54,894 nt of DNA, from the IMG/VR virus record IMGVR_UViG_3300018049_000008; one strand, 5' to 3'. Under the pieces are notes generated by a model. The model saw only the letters and a list, made by a program, of their open reading frames with translations. It did no database searches and was not told where the DNA came from. A program made the translations under genes and the position numbers. The stretch is from an uncultured virus (IMG/VR IMGVR_UViG_3300018049_000008) (Duplodnaviria > Heunggongvirae > Uroviricota > Caudoviricetes). This document shows positions 16,900-27,050 of the stretch, piece after piece; the first letter of the stretch is position 1, and each line of letters starts with the position of its first letter.

Positions 16900-17748
16900 T
16901 TAGAACTCCGCTATTGCTTCAGTCAAATTTTTGAGTTTATACTTAATAAAGTAGTTAAAGAGTTTTGATCTATCTTTTGATTGTTGTTTACGATAATCAG
17001 TCATTGTCTGATTACGAATATCACCTGGCACATTAGACAGATCGATCATCATACGATTGCGTTTATAATTGCGCTGAATTTCTCTAGGCCAAGAATCAGG
17101 CGATGAATCTCTCATTTCGTACAACTTAGTAGCGCGCAATGGTTTTTGTCGTCCACCGACTGCAAAGGTATCATCCTCACTGAGGACATTTGGAATGCCA
17201 TCGCTCGCATCGCCTTTGAAGATATGTTCAATCAAAAACGTTTCAGGATCTTGACAGCGAATCCATCGCTTACGTGTTGGATCGTATTGCTGTACGTTGG
17301 CATATTTTTGCAATTGCTGAAAGTCTTTGTCACCAGAGAGGATTAGAATGGGCTCACCACCTAGTTCACGTCCATGCTCATGTACAAGAGTAGCAATAAC
17401 ATCGTCGGCTTCTGCAGTTTCTACACGAATAGTAGGGTACGGAAAATATTCAGTGAGCTCATCGCGCACTTGATTAAGAATACGAAAGATCTCATTCCAA
17501 TCAAGAGAAGAGTCATCGCGGCTCTTCTTACGATTCGCTTTATAATAAGGAAAGTACTGTTTTCGCCAGTTAGACGTAGCGTCGCAGGCGATGATTAGCT
17601 CACCAAATTCTTTTTCGAACTTGACCTTATTCATACGAATCGAGTTTAGAATCATATGACGCAGTAAGTTCTCGTTTATTTCGAGGTTCTTTGTTCCTGT
17701 CACCATCAAGTTAGCAAGAGCTACTTGGTTATAGTCTAGGATAATCAC
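16900..17748 (-). CDS. rnh: T4 RNase H / 5'-3' flap exonuclease
   Basis: WRK.YFPYYKANRK, EADD, SGDKDF.QL, GD.SDGIPN; probable GTG start at 17748 after GGAGA. Confidence 0.93.
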   Translation of the reverse strand: MIILDYNQVALANLMVTGTKNLEINENLLRHMILNSIRMNKVKFEKEFGELIIACDATSNWRKQYFPYYKANRKKSRDDSSLDWNEIFRILNQVRDELTEYFPYPTIRVETAEADDVIATLVHEHGRELGGEPILILSGDKDFQQLQKYANVQQYDPTRKRWIRCQDPETFLIEHIFKGDASDGIPNVLSEDDTFAVGGRQKPLRATKLYEMRDSSPDSWPREIQRNYKRNRMMIDLSNVPGDIRNQTMTDYRKQQSKDRSKLFNYFIKYKLKNLTEAIAEF

Positions 17749-17777
17749 GGTTATCTCCAATCACAATCTAATACTAT

Positions 17778-17806
17778 ATTCTACAGTATTTTCACATCAT
17801 TGTAAA
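17778..17806 (-). promoter_or_regulatory. Early promoter (G)TTTACA-N17-TAGAAT
   Basis: Matches the T4 early GTTTAC -35 element; motif family member. Confidence 0.75.
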
Positions 17807-17809
17807 CAG

Positions 17810-18142
17810 TTAATCGAAATTCAATTCCAGTTGTTTTTGAGCCGCTTTAGCATGTTCTATCTGTTCATTATATAAATTATGTGCGAAATTCTGAATTGGA
17901 TGATTTTTGTCATGAAATTTTAAAATTAAAGATTTCATACTTTCATACAAAAACGAAATATCATATACAAATTTTTCATCATCTATTGGAAATGACATGT
18001 CGTGTAGGCAAGAAATAAAATCAGATAGTAATTCTTCAACAATAATTTGTTCGTCATTATTTTCAACTAATTCTTTTTCTAATTCCTGCCATAACATTTC
18101 ATCCATTCTTCGATCTAACGGGAATTGAATTATATTTGTCAT
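17810..18142 (-). CDS. Hypothetical protein
   Basis: NIIQFP N-terminus; HPIQ motif. Confidence 0.75.
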   Translation of the reverse strand: MTNIIQFPLDRRMDEMLWQELEKELVENNDEQIIVEELLSDFISCLHDMSFPIDDEKFVYDISFLYESMKSLILKFHDKNHPIQNFAHNLYNEQIEHAKAAQKQLELNFD

Positions 18143-19167
18143 GTGCCTGTCTTAATAGTAAACATTTCTTGAGGAACACTAGTGTCCTTAATAGTATTTA
18201 CCAAACCTTGAAGTAGAGCATTCCACTCCAATTTTCTATTCGTCCATGAATAAAACACATCAGCAAAAGCTTTTTGAGATCCAGTATTTGCTAGCATTGG
18301 TTCAATATTTTGTACTACACCTTCCAAGTTGGCCAATAGAATACCAGCATGCGCGCGCTGATCAGGTGAAAATTGATACATTTGTGTCCAATTTGCTGCC
18401 GTTTCATACATCGCACCATAATTTGAATGAACACACACCGCGCCTGCACTCATAGCTTCCATTAAACACATACATGATGTTTCTGCAAATGATGCAGGAT
18501 GTACCCAAACATGGGCATCATTCAATGCTATTCGTACTCTATCATTTTCTACTGCACCATGATTGGTCATCTGAGGATGTTCATCAATCATTGTAAACAA
18601 ATCATTAAAGCCTAACTCTTCATCTGCGTTAGGCCATCCATACAAATTATATGAAGAATACACATCAAGATGTACGTTTGGATATTTTTTTGCCAGCTGT
18701 TCAAAAGCAGCAATAACAATGTTCAAACCTTTACGAGGCACTGAATGATATACAAATCTAATTCCTTCACTAATACTAGGTTTAGGAGATATATTAATTG
18801 GATCAATTGCATTCTGTATAACAATACATTTTTCCCAAGGTAGATTATACATTTCAATAGCGCGTTGCATTTGCCACGTGCTTACAAAAACATATTTGTG
18901 AAACCAATCTTTCTTATTGGTTTTAAGAAAATCCATTGCTGGATCTCCTGGCAAATCATGGGCCCAAAAGATTCGAATCTTATCGTCTCTTAAAAATATA
19001 TTCTCATCCGGATGCAAACGCGAAGAAATAATAATAAACTTAGACAAAAGTTCTTGATCAATTTCTTGACTCAATCGTTCTGTTAATCGTTCGGTGCCAC
19101 CTCTGGAATCTGGTACTTCTTTTGATGACCAAAGATAGTGATATTTGCCATCGATAATAGCTGTCAT
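18139..19167 (-). CDS. Glycosyltransferase, GT-B fold (group 1/GT4-like)
   Basis: GGTE, W.HD, FVS.WQ, Y.S.P.KGL, ETSC...MEAMSAG. Confidence 0.85.
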   Translation of the reverse strand: MTAIIDGKYHYLWSSKEVPDSRGGTERLTERLSQEIDQELLSKFIIISSRLHPDENIFLRDDKIRIFWAHDLPGDPAMDFLKTNKKDWFHKYVFVSTWQMQRAIEMYNLPWEKCIVIQNAIDPINISPKPSISEGIRFVYHSVPRKGLNIVIAAFEQLAKKYPNVHLDVYSSYNLYGWPNADEELGFNDLFTMIDEHPQMTNHGAVENDRVRIALNDAHVWVHPASFAETSCMCLMEAMSAGAVCVHSNYGAMYETAANWTQMYQFSPDQRAHAGILLANLEGVVQNIEPMLANTGSQKAFADVFYSWTNRKLEWNALLQGLVNTIKDTSVPQEMFTIKTGT

Positions 19168-19340
19168 AGTACTTCCTTATCTTTTATTAAATTATCGTTT
19201 CGCACGATTCTCAAATCAGCTCGATTGCCTTTTTTACTTGTATGACCGAGAGGAAAAAGTACCCAAGTATATTGAGTATCTTTTGCTCCAAGAGGATATA
19301 CAATTTGTTTTGTTTTCTTAATACGTGTTACGTCCATCAT
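19164..19340 (-). CDS. 58-aa hypothetical protein
   Basis: Not in ORF track; ATGA overlaps at both ends (MMDVTRIKKT...KEVL). Confidence 0.6.
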   Translation of the reverse strand: MMDVTRIKKTKQIVYPLGAKDTQYTWVLFPLGHTSKKGNRADLRIVRNDNLIKDKEVL

Positions 19341-19582
19341 AGTTCTAGTCCACTTTCTAAGTACATCATCAAATCAAAAACAGGTTCGCCGTTTACAATA
19401 GTATGTGGGAATCCATTCGCGTCAGGATAGATTTTATTAAAAGTTTCAATTGGTATTTCATCACCAATTTCTACTTTTGTGTATTCATATCCTTTTTGAT
19501 CTAGATATTGTTTTAAAAACATGCAAGGTTCACACCCTTCAAGTGTGAAAACAAGTATCCTAAGATCTGAGGAATTTTCCAT
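19337..19582 (-). CDS. Glutaredoxin (NrdC-like)
   Basis: CEPC active site, FP...NG. Confidence 0.85.
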   Translation of the reverse strand: MENSSDLRILVFTLEGCEPCMFLKQYLDQKGYEYTKVEIGDEIPIETFNKIYPDANGFPHTIVNGEPVFDLMMYLESGLEL

Positions 19583-19994
19583 TTATTTTACCACCAATAA
19601 AATCATTATAATACTCTTCGGTCAAAAGTACACCGCGATCTACTTGCTCTTTGAGTTCGTAGTAAGATAACTCTGTCTTTGAGTCACATATACGTAGTAC
19701 ATATCGTTCGAAATTATCATGACCATATTTAGCAATGTCATCTTTAAGTTCATTACTCGATCCCCAATAATCGCGCCAATCTGATTCGACGATTTTTTTG
19801 CGTTTGCGAGTTTTACCTTTGAGAGGAGGGAGTTTGCGAGTAGAATAAAAGAACTTTTTGCCAAAATATTTGCGATCGTTCTTTTTATTAACAATGAGAT
19901 AGACCATTCCAACATGATTTTCACAATCTTCAGATTCTAAAGATTTACCTGTAGTCTGTAATATCCACGGATTCGGGTAGCTCGACTGCATCAC
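19560..19994 (-). CDS. GIY-YIG family endonuclease
   Basis: GMVYLI......KYFGKK...Y.GSS...E...YYN. Confidence 0.75.
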   Translation of the reverse strand: MMQSSYPNPWILQTTGKSLESEDCENHVGMVYLIVNKKNDRKYFGKKFFYSTRKLPPLKGKTRKRKKIVESDWRDYWGSSNELKDDIAKYGHDNFERYVLRICDSKTELSYYELKEQVDRGVLLTEEYYNDFIGGKINGKFLRS

Positions 19995-20415
19995 AAATTA
20001 TACCTGCTTCATTAAATAGATTCAATGTCTTTCCAAAACTATTTATCCATCTTGCATCAGTATATTTTGTATCATGTATAACTACACGTTTAATACCTGT
20101 TTGTATGATTCCTTTAGCGCACTCATGACACACAGGTAAACCATATACGTACATTGTGGCGTCCCTAAGCGACATACCATTGCGACCTGCATTATAGATA
20201 CAGTTCATCTCCGCGTGCACCACGAGCTCGTATTTTTGGTCGCGATCATTATAACGATCTTCATCGTCAATCACACCAACTGGAAAGCCATTATATCCAG
20301 TAGCCAACACTTGTCTATCTCTTATTGCTACGGCACCAATTTTTCGTGATGGATCTTTTGACCAAGTTGAAATGTGTTTAGCTAATTCTAAAAATCTTTT
20401 ATCCCATAGGTACAT
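19945..20415 (-). CDS. cd: dCMP deaminase
   Basis: SKDP...GA, GYNG, HAE.N, PVCHEC. Confidence 0.93.
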   Translation of the reverse strand: MYLWDKRFLELAKHISTWSKDPSRKIGAVAIRDRQVLATGYNGFPVGVIDDEDRYNDRDQKYELVVHAEMNCIYNAGRNGMSLRDATMYVYGLPVCHECAKGIIQTGIKRVVIHDTKYTDARWINSFGKTLNLFNEAGIICDAVELPESVDITDYR

Positions 20416-20980
20416 AATTTTGTGCTACCGTAAATCGCCACATGCTAGCATGATACGCAATGCACGCAGCTGTATGTTGAATATTTCCATCGAATATAAT
20501 CATTCGCCCAGGTTTATATTCTAACATACCTACGAGATCTCGTACATAGGGATCATAAAATTTGAACTCACCACCCCAACCATGTTCCCATGTTGGATTG
20601 GCCATATACAAAACAGTTTTTGTATTTTTAGACATATCTACATCATCAGCATGACTTCGATATACAGAACCAGGCACTCCTGCATTTAGAACAGTTCTAA
20701 CGATTCGATGATTATCAAGATGTTGAGGCCAAATAGACATCGCATAATGAGCAATTATTTGACACATTCTAGATTCTGTACAAGTGGAATATAAAAATAC
20801 TTCTTTATCCCAATCTGAATCTTTCCAACCTAGTTTAAAGTCAGAATTTTGAATATCAGAAAAAATTGTATTTTTATCAGGTATAGCTACTCTATTATCG
20901 ACTTTATCTAATAATAAATTTGATACATCAATATTTGCTGGATCTATTTTCCAATCTTCTGGATAACCATTATTCTTCAT
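20399..20980 (-). CDS. 2OG-Fe(II) oxygenase
   Basis: HADD, W...WGGE, PGR...FDG...H...R; start reassigned to 20980. Confidence 0.8.
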   Translation of the reverse strand: MKNNGYPEDWKIDPANIDVSNLLLDKVDNRVAIPDKNTIFSDIQNSDFKLGWKDSDWDKEVFLYSTCTESRMCQIIAHYAMSIWPQHLDNHRIVRTVLNAGVPGSVYRSHADDVDMSKNTKTVLYMANPTWEHGWGGEFKFYDPYVRDLVGMLEYKPGRMIIFDGNIQHTAACIAYHASMWRFTVAQNYVPMG

Positions 20981-21131
20981 AATCCGGTATATAGTCCTCA
21001 TTATCTTCAATATTCGCACTACAAATAGGACAAAAAGCAATTTCTATTTCTTCATGCTCATAATTAGTTTGACGTATAATTACGTCGCATTTCACTTCGC
21101 ACCCGCGGCAATTAATAGTAGTTTTAAACAC
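20970..21131 (-). CDS. 53-aa zinc-ribbon protein
   Basis: Not in ORF track; GTG start; CRGC...FCPIC with acidic tail. Confidence 0.7.
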   Translation of the reverse strand: MFKTTINCRGCEVKCDVIIRQTNYEHEEIEIAFCPICSANIEDNEDYIPDYEE

Positions 21132-21738
21132 CTACAAATTCCTCTTTTGCGGTTGTTCTGCTGATAACGTGTAACCATGATGGTCTACTATCAGATATTG
21201 CAATGTCAGAAGTTAAATAATGATAGCGAGTTTCTTCGTAATCTAGCTCTATATCATCAAAATCGGACCCGCAAGAATTATAACAACGAACAAGACCATA
21301 TTGATTTTGACCGAGAAGTTTAGGCCAAAAATTAGGTTGATAATTAAAATAATTATTATCTAGTCCCATATGCCATATACTAGTATTGCAAATCAAACCC
21401 TTAACTCGAGTTAACGCATGTATCTTTTTAAAGAAATTATATTGATCGAAAACTTTCATTGAACCGCCTCGATTCCATATAATGTCGTATTCTGTATCTT
21501 TTTCAAATTTAGTTTTTAGAAATTTATCTCCCGGACAAAAGATTCCGGAATCCACATCAAAAGCTTCTAATACATCTGCAAAACAATTAGGACGACCTTT
21601 AATATTAAACTCAGTGCATAATTTTTCTACAGCTTCCCAATCTTCAATCTCTGTATTGTCACCAATTATCAAAATGTTTTTAAAGCTATCAGAGAACATA
21701 TACATTTTTCTTAATAGCATGATATCAACAGTATTCAT
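21124..21738 (-). CDS. Hypothetical protein, possibly a divergent SAM-dependent methyltransferase
   Basis: YDII.N.G....VFDQ..FF..IH......G; weak pattern. Confidence 0.45.
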   Translation of the reverse strand: MNTVDIMLLRKMYMFSDSFKNILIIGDNTEIEDWEAVEKLCTEFNIKGRPNCFADVLEAFDVDSGIFCPGDKFLKTKFEKDTEYDIIWNRGGSMKVFDQYNFFKKIHALTRVKGLICNTSIWHMGLDNNYFNYQPNFWPKLLGQNQYGLVRCYNSCGSDFDDIELDYEETRYHYLTSDIAISDSRPSWLHVISRTTAKEEFVGV

Positions 21739-21749
21739 TTTTTTTATTC

Positions 21750-22841
21750 CTATAATTTAAAATCTTTAAAGGTATCATCGTCGATATCTTTTTTTATACC
21801 ACCAATTATATATGATGTAATTTCGGTCTCTTGTGGAGCAACTTGCACTTCAGCACCTGAGATCCATTTCTGTGTCCACGGTAATGGATCAGAACCACCA
21901 CGTTCATTTGAGAGGCCAATTGCATACAATCTCTTATTGCCTAACCAATCAATATAATTGCATAGAAGCTCGTCATTCAAACCAATCATCGACGCATCTT
22001 TAAACAGATACTTAGCCCATGCTTTTTCTTGATCGATAACATCTTTAAAAATTTGACGAACTTCGTCTTCACATTCTGTAGCAATCTTTTTAAAATCTTC
22101 GTCTTCTTTTGGTAGAATCTTTATAAGTTGTTGAGTTGAAGCCATATGCACATTTTCATCACGTGCAATGAACTTAATAATCTTCGCGTTGCCTTCCATC
22201 TTCTTTAATTCAGCAAATGCCCACGAGCACGCAAACGAAACATAAAATCTAATCCCTTCAAGTGCATTAACTGCATTGATCGCTAACCACAATAACTTCT
22301 TATGTTTATATTGATCATATTTAATTCTCTTCTTTAGATTCTCTGTATCATTATTATATGAAATTAGATCATCATAATATTTCGAAATAGAACCAGCGCA
22401 GTCCACAATCTCTTTAATATCAAGCATCTCATCAAACACTTTACTAGGATCATTATATACATTACGAATTATATGTGTATACGAACGAGAATGAATAGTC
22501 TCAAAGAATGACCAAGTGACCAACCAGTTTTCTAGCTCAGGCAGAGAGCAAATCGGGAGAAAGGCTTCAACAGGGCCGCGGCCTTGTACCGAGTCAAGCA
22601 GAATTTGTCGTTTAAGATTACTAGTAAAGATATGTTGTTCTTGTTCTGATAAAGCTTTAAAATCTTTACTATCACGTGCGATATCAACTTCTTCTGGTCG
22701 CCAAAAGAAACCAAGTTGCTTATCAGTCATTTTCTCAAATATGCTATAACGTTGTTTGTCATAACGAGCAATGTTTACGCCTGCTCCAAAAAATGCAGGC
22801 TGTGCTGTTGTGTCAATATTTTTAGTGTGAAATACACTCAT
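21750..22841 (-). CDS. nrdB: Ribonucleotide reductase class Ia beta subunit
   Basis: FFWRPEE, LLDSVQGR, ETIHSRSY, LEGIRFYVSF, RDE.VH, QVAPQETEI.SY. Confidence 0.97.
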   Translation of the reverse strand: MSVFHTKNIDTTAQPAFFGAGVNIARYDKQRYSIFEKMTDKQLGFFWRPEEVDIARDSKDFKALSEQEQHIFTSNLKRQILLDSVQGRGPVEAFLPICSLPELENWLVTWSFFETIHSRSYTHIIRNVYNDPSKVFDEMLDIKEIVDCAGSISKYYDDLISYNNDTENLKKRIKYDQYKHKKLLWLAINAVNALEGIRFYVSFACSWAFAELKKMEGNAKIIKFIARDENVHMASTQQLIKILPKEDEDFKKIATECEDEVRQIFKDVIDQEKAWAKYLFKDASMIGLNDELLCNYIDWLGNKRLYAIGLSNERGGSDPLPWTQKWISGAEVQVAPQETEITSYIIGGIKKDIDDDTFKDFKL

Positions 22842-23506
22842 GAATTACCTTCGTATATGTAAATTGTATCCATTGTTAATTTTTTAAATTCTTTATAACC
22901 AAGTTCAATTAAAAGATGATGACCCTTAGCTTTTTCTGTAATAATAACTGGATGGTGTTTTTTGATTGTTTCTTTTGCACCTTCAATGGCCATTGGTTCA
23001 TGTCCTTCAATATCTAAATGTATAAGATCAATCTTTTCTAAATTTAAGTCATCTATTCTATACATTTCTACATTGGCATTTTTGACGTCTTTCTGTAATC
23101 TATGTGTACCTACATTCTTCTTATTATTATTGTACAATTTATAGATTTTATCTGTTGTATTGCTGATAGCGCCATTAAATAATTCAAATTGTTCACTATC
23201 ACAATTCATTTGTAAACATTTATAATTATCCGGATCTGGTTCCCATGAATAAACCTTTTTAAAATAGTTTGCATAGAAACGAGGATACATACCGCAGTTT
23301 CCTCCAGCACATATCACAACATCAAAGTTTTTCACTTGACTCATAAAATCTTTCGAGTCTTCACGCCAATTTTTAAGAGGACCGGTCCATGCACCACTAT
23401 CATTTATTAGCCAAAATAATCCATCAATACCTTCATATTCATCGGCAGTCCAGTCTTTTTCATCAGGCACTTCACTAAACTTTCTGTAATGTATTAGATT
23501 TTGCAT
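22838..23506 (-). CDS. FkbM-family methyltransferase
   Basis: AGGNCG, EPDP.N, IDLIHLDIEGHE..A..GA. Confidence 0.85.
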   Translation of the reverse strand: MQNLIHYRKFSEVPDEKDWTADEYEGIDGLFWLINDSGAWTGPLKNWREDSKDFMSQVKNFDVVICAGGNCGMYPRFYANYFKKVYSWEPDPDNYKCLQMNCDSEQFELFNGAISNTTDKIYKLYNNNKKNVGTHRLQKDVKNANVEMYRIDDLNLEKIDLIHLDIEGHEPMAIEGAKETIKKHHPVIITEKAKGHHLLIELGYKEFKKLTMDTIYIYEGNS

Positions 23507-25785
23507 GCATCACAGTCCGGATCACTTAAATCACATACTGCGCCTTCTGCTTCAGGCACAGGTGGTACTTCTTCTATTTCTCCAGCACCATCATATGTGT
23601 TGTTATAATACAATTGCTTTCCACCATACTTATAGAACATCAACATATGTTGCATCATTACAGATAATGGTATCTTCTCTTCATCGTAATGTAAAGGATT
23701 ATATGAAGTATTGACTGAAATACCTTGATCAATAAACTTTTGTAATACAGCCATAATCTTGAGATAACCTTCAGGTGATTTCTGATCCCACAATAAGTCG
23801 TACTTATTCTTTAATCGTTGAATGCTAGGAACAACCTGCTTCAATATGCCGTCTTTCGATTGCTTAATAGAGATAAGAGAGCGCGGTGGCTCAATACCAT
23901 TTGTACTGTTACTAATTTGTGCTGATGTTTCAGCCGGCATAAGTGCCATCAATGTTGAGTTTCGAATTCCAAAGTTCTCGAGTTGCGCGCGTAGACCATC
24001 CCAGTCCATCTTATATTCAGGTGCAACCAACTCATCCACTGTTTTCTTATATGTGTCGATTGGAAGAACACCTTCATGATAGTTTGTTTGATTTGAGAGA
24101 AAACATGCATGTTTTTCAACTGCGAGATCAGCTGATGCCTGAATCAAATAATATGACCATGCTTCTGCATATTCATGAATGAGTTCGAGATTAGGATCCT
24201 GATAGTTAGTATCATTCTTCGCTAGCCAATGTGCAAAGTTAATAATGCCAATTCCTAACGGCCGTCGATTTTCTGTGCCTTTACGAGCCGCCAATACTGG
24301 ATAATCTTGATAATCTAGCAATGCATCAAGTGCACGTACGGCTAGGGTACAGGGCTTCTCAAAGTCAGCAGGTTTACGAATACTTCCCCAGTTGATGGCA
24401 GCTAAAGTACACAATGAAATCTCACCCATGGGATCGTTGATGTCTGTTAACGGTTTTGTCGGCAGGTTAATTTCACAACACAAATTAGATTGACGAATAG
24501 GTGCTTTAATTTTTTGGAACGCACCATGATCATTAGCGTTATCAACATTCATCAAATAGATACGTCCAGTATCCTTTCGTTCTTGCATAAATGCAGAAAA
24601 CAACTCACGGGCACTAATTGTTTTTTTCCTAATCGATGTCTTACGCTCGTACTTTTCGTAGAGCTCACGAAATTTATCTACGTCTACAAAGAATGCCTCG
24701 TATAGATCTTTACAATCATGAGGTGAGAAGAGTGTGATGTTCTCATTTCGAATCAGCCGCTCGTACATTACCTGATTGAATTGCACACCATAATCCATGT
24801 GTCTTACTCGGTTGTCTTCTGTTCCTTTGTTATTTTTAAGAACGAGCATATCTTCAATTTCATAATGCCAAATTGGATAATATAGTGTTGCGGCACCACC
24901 GCGTACACCGCCTTGTGAACAAGATTTGACAGCGCTTTGAAAATACTTATAGAAAGGGATAACACCAGTATGACTAGTATCGCCGTCGCGAATAGGACTG
25001 CCCAGAGCCCGAATGCGACCGGCCCCAATACCGATTCCTGCTTTTTGAGATACGTATTTGACGATTGCTGATGCTGTTGCATTGATAGAGTCCAGTGAGT
25101 CATCAGTCTCAATAAGTACGCATGATGAGAACTGTCGTTGAGGCGTCCGTACTCCCGCCATAATTGGGGTAGGTAGACTAATATCGAAGTTACTCAGTGC
25201 ATCATATAGGTCTTTTACCCATTTAAGTCTATCTTCACCGTAATTTGCGAAGAGAGTCATGGCGATACACATATTCGCCATTTGTGGTGTCTCATAGATT
25301 TTTCCAGTGACACGGTTTTTGACCAGATACTTACCTCGCATCTGTTCCATTGCTGCATATGTCAAAAGAAAATCACGATCATGATTGATATAACCATCGA
25401 GTGTCTCGATATCCTCGCGACTATATTTCTCCATCAATACACCATCATATACACCTTCACCTACACAATTAATAACGTGTTGTACGAGAGAAATAGGTTG
25501 AAAATCGCCATATACTTCTTTTCGTAGACCATAGTTGATCAAACGACCGGCGACATATTGGTAGTTCGGTGCATCTTCTGTGATAAGATCAGCGGCAGCC
25601 TTAATCAATGTCTCTTGGACATCAAGTGTTTTTATATTATTGTAGAACTGAATATGAGTTTTAATTTCTAGATCTGATGCGGATACACCGTTTAAACCTT
25701 CACATGCAAACGATGCAACTTTATGAAACTTGTCTAGATCTAATAGCTCTTTATCACCGTTCCTTTTGGTTACAAAAATTTCCAT
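23494..25785 (-). CDS. nrdA: Ribonucleotide reductase class Ia alpha subunit with ATP cone
   Basis: VTKRNG, PTP, QFSSC, SQGGVRGG, SNLCCEI, MPAETS, C-terminal CDACKI. Confidence 0.98.
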   Translation of the reverse strand: MEIFVTKRNGDKELLDLDKFHKVASFACEGLNGVSASDLEIKTHIQFYNNIKTLDVQETLIKAAADLITEDAPNYQYVAGRLINYGLRKEVYGDFQPISLVQHVINCVGEGVYDGVLMEKYSREDIETLDGYINHDRDFLLTYAAMEQMRGKYLVKNRVTGKIYETPQMANMCIAMTLFANYGEDRLKWVKDLYDALSNFDISLPTPIMAGVRTPQRQFSSCVLIETDDSLDSINATASAIVKYVSQKAGIGIGAGRIRALGSPIRDGDTSHTGVIPFYKYFQSAVKSCSQGGVRGGAATLYYPIWHYEIEDMLVLKNNKGTEDNRVRHMDYGVQFNQVMYERLIRNENITLFSPHDCKDLYEAFFVDVDKFRELYEKYERKTSIRKKTISARELFSAFMQERKDTGRIYLMNVDNANDHGAFQKIKAPIRQSNLCCEINLPTKPLTDINDPMGEISLCTLAAINWGSIRKPADFEKPCTLAVRALDALLDYQDYPVLAARKGTENRRPLGIGIINFAHWLAKNDTNYQDPNLELIHEYAEAWSYYLIQASADLAVEKHACFLSNQTNYHEGVLPIDTYKKTVDELVAPEYKMDWDGLRAQLENFGIRNSTLMALMPAETSAQISNSTNGIEPPRSLISIKQSKDGILKQVVPSIQRLKNKYDLLWDQKSPEGYLKIMAVLQKFIDQGISVNTSYNPLHYDEEKIPLSVMMQHMLMFYKYGGKQLYYNNTYDGAGEIEEVPPVPEAEGAVCDLSDPDCDACKI

Positions 25786-26223
25786 TTAAATTTGTCCAGA
25801 TTCTTGTAGCTTGATTCGATTCGCCAAGTGTGCTTCTTGAATGTCATCTTTACTTTGGCCAAAATATTCAACAGCATGTCCTTCTCTAATCATGATTTGT
25901 CCTAAGAACATATAACTGTCAGTGACTTCATCGTAAACCTCAAACTTACCGAGAATACGACCGAACTTACCCTTCGCATCATCGCCGGGTTTTTCTGTTA
26001 CAAGTGTTTGTGAACTACCGACTTTTAGATATGATTGCACAAACTTCTTTGCTAGCAAACCGTACTTCTTTTCTACTTTATCGCGTGTGCGCGATTCTGG
26101 TGTATCGATACCGTGAATTCTTACACGTTCACCATGTTGCCAAATGCCAAATCCAAGGTCGATATCTACATCTACTGTGTCGCCGTCTACGACTCTTTTT
26201 ACGACGCACTTATACCTATACAT
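25786..26223 (-). CDS. Thermonuclease (SNase-like)
   Basis: RVVDGDT, R..GIDTPE, GKFGRILG. Confidence 0.9.
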   Translation of the reverse strand: MYRYKCVVKRVVDGDTVDVDIDLGFGIWQHGERVRIHGIDTPESRTRDKVEKKYGLLAKKFVQSYLKVGSSQTLVTEKPGDDAKGKFGRILGKFEVYDEVTDSYMFLGQIMIREGHAVEYFGQSKDDIQEAHLANRIKLQESGQI

Positions 26224-26458
26224 CGCTCGGCGCGCCGGGTTCTTCGGTAGGAACTAAGCTGGCTCGTACAGCGCGCGACACATTAAGTAATTCATGAGCT
26301 TCAGCTATTTTTTGCATTTGTTCATGCATGGCATCGACGAGATCCGGATGTTCACCAATGCCTACGGGATTTTCTACGTAGGTTCGAACGTTAGCTTGTG
26401 CAGCTAATAATTCACCTTCATAACGCCTAATAAGGGCGTCGACTAAATCAATTCTCAT
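26216..26458 (-). CDS. Conserved phage hypothetical protein
   Basis: A.AN...Y..NPVGIGEHPD. Confidence 0.75.
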   Translation of the reverse strand: MRIDLVDALIRRYEGELLAAQANVRTYVENPVGIGEHPDLVDAMHEQMQKIAEAHELLNVSRAVRASLVPTEEPGAPSDV

Positions 26459-26657
26459 CTTTTTCTCCTGTTTTTACATCATAAAAAATATTTAAACCAA
26501 ACTCTGTCTTGAGTGAAGCCATGATCTTATCTATGGCACTCTCCGCGCCTTCTCTAAAACCAGCACCAAATGCTTCTGCACCACCTATTCTGTATCCTGT
26601 GTAATAGGCAATGCCTAAGAGCCCTAGCGAAACTAGGGTATGTGTTGTGCTATCCAT
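26448..26657 (-). CDS. Small membrane protein
   Basis: AAGGA RBS; hydrophobic N-terminal helix. Confidence 0.65.
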   Translation of the reverse strand: MDSTTHTLVSLGLLGIAYYTGYRIGGAEAFGAGFREGAESAIDKIMASLKTEFGLNIFYDVKTGEKDEN

Positions 26658-26665
26658 TTTTTTCC

Positions 26666-26896
26666 TTAATGATCGGGCCAATCTAAATGCTGAAAACTAC
26701 CAATTGCATGTACAAAATTTTCAGCACAGTCCTCGGCATATCGCAGATTTTTATCTAAAAGTTCGGTATGATAATGTTTCATCATACCATAATGTCTGGC
26801 TTCCATGCGAACAATATAATGATATTCGTCGCGAGATATTGATGCGCGTCGTGTTTTTGTCTCATTCCAATAATCACTTAAATGTAATTCAGCCAT
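26666..26896 (-). CDS. Hypothetical protein
   Basis: YAEDCAENFV motif; start at 26896. Confidence 0.7.
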   Translation of the reverse strand: MAELHLSDYWNETKTRRASISRDEYHYIVRMEARHYGMMKHYHTELLDKNLRYAEDCAENFVHAIGSFQHLDWPDH

Positions 26897-27050
26897 TGAG
26901 TTGCACCACTTCACCTATTGCTTTTTGAATTTCGAAACGATCCATACCCATCAATCTTAGTTCACGCTCAACTAATTCTTTAGAATATTTACCTTCGCGA
27001 TATTCTTCAATAATTAAATTTACCTTCATATCTTTTTCTAGATCACTCAT
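26889..27050 (-). CDS. 53-aa hypothetical protein
   Basis: Not in ORF track; ATGA overlap with primase stop (MSDLEKDM...LNG). Confidence 0.6.
   Translation of the reverse strand: MSDLEKDMKVNLIIEEYREGKYSKELVERELRLMGMDRFEIQKAIGEVVQLNG

Noticed and set aside
19560..19994. GIY-YIG ORF as a mobile homing endonuclease
   Set aside because: Only 144 aa with no DNA-binding extension and no interrupted host gene; more likely a resident nuclease
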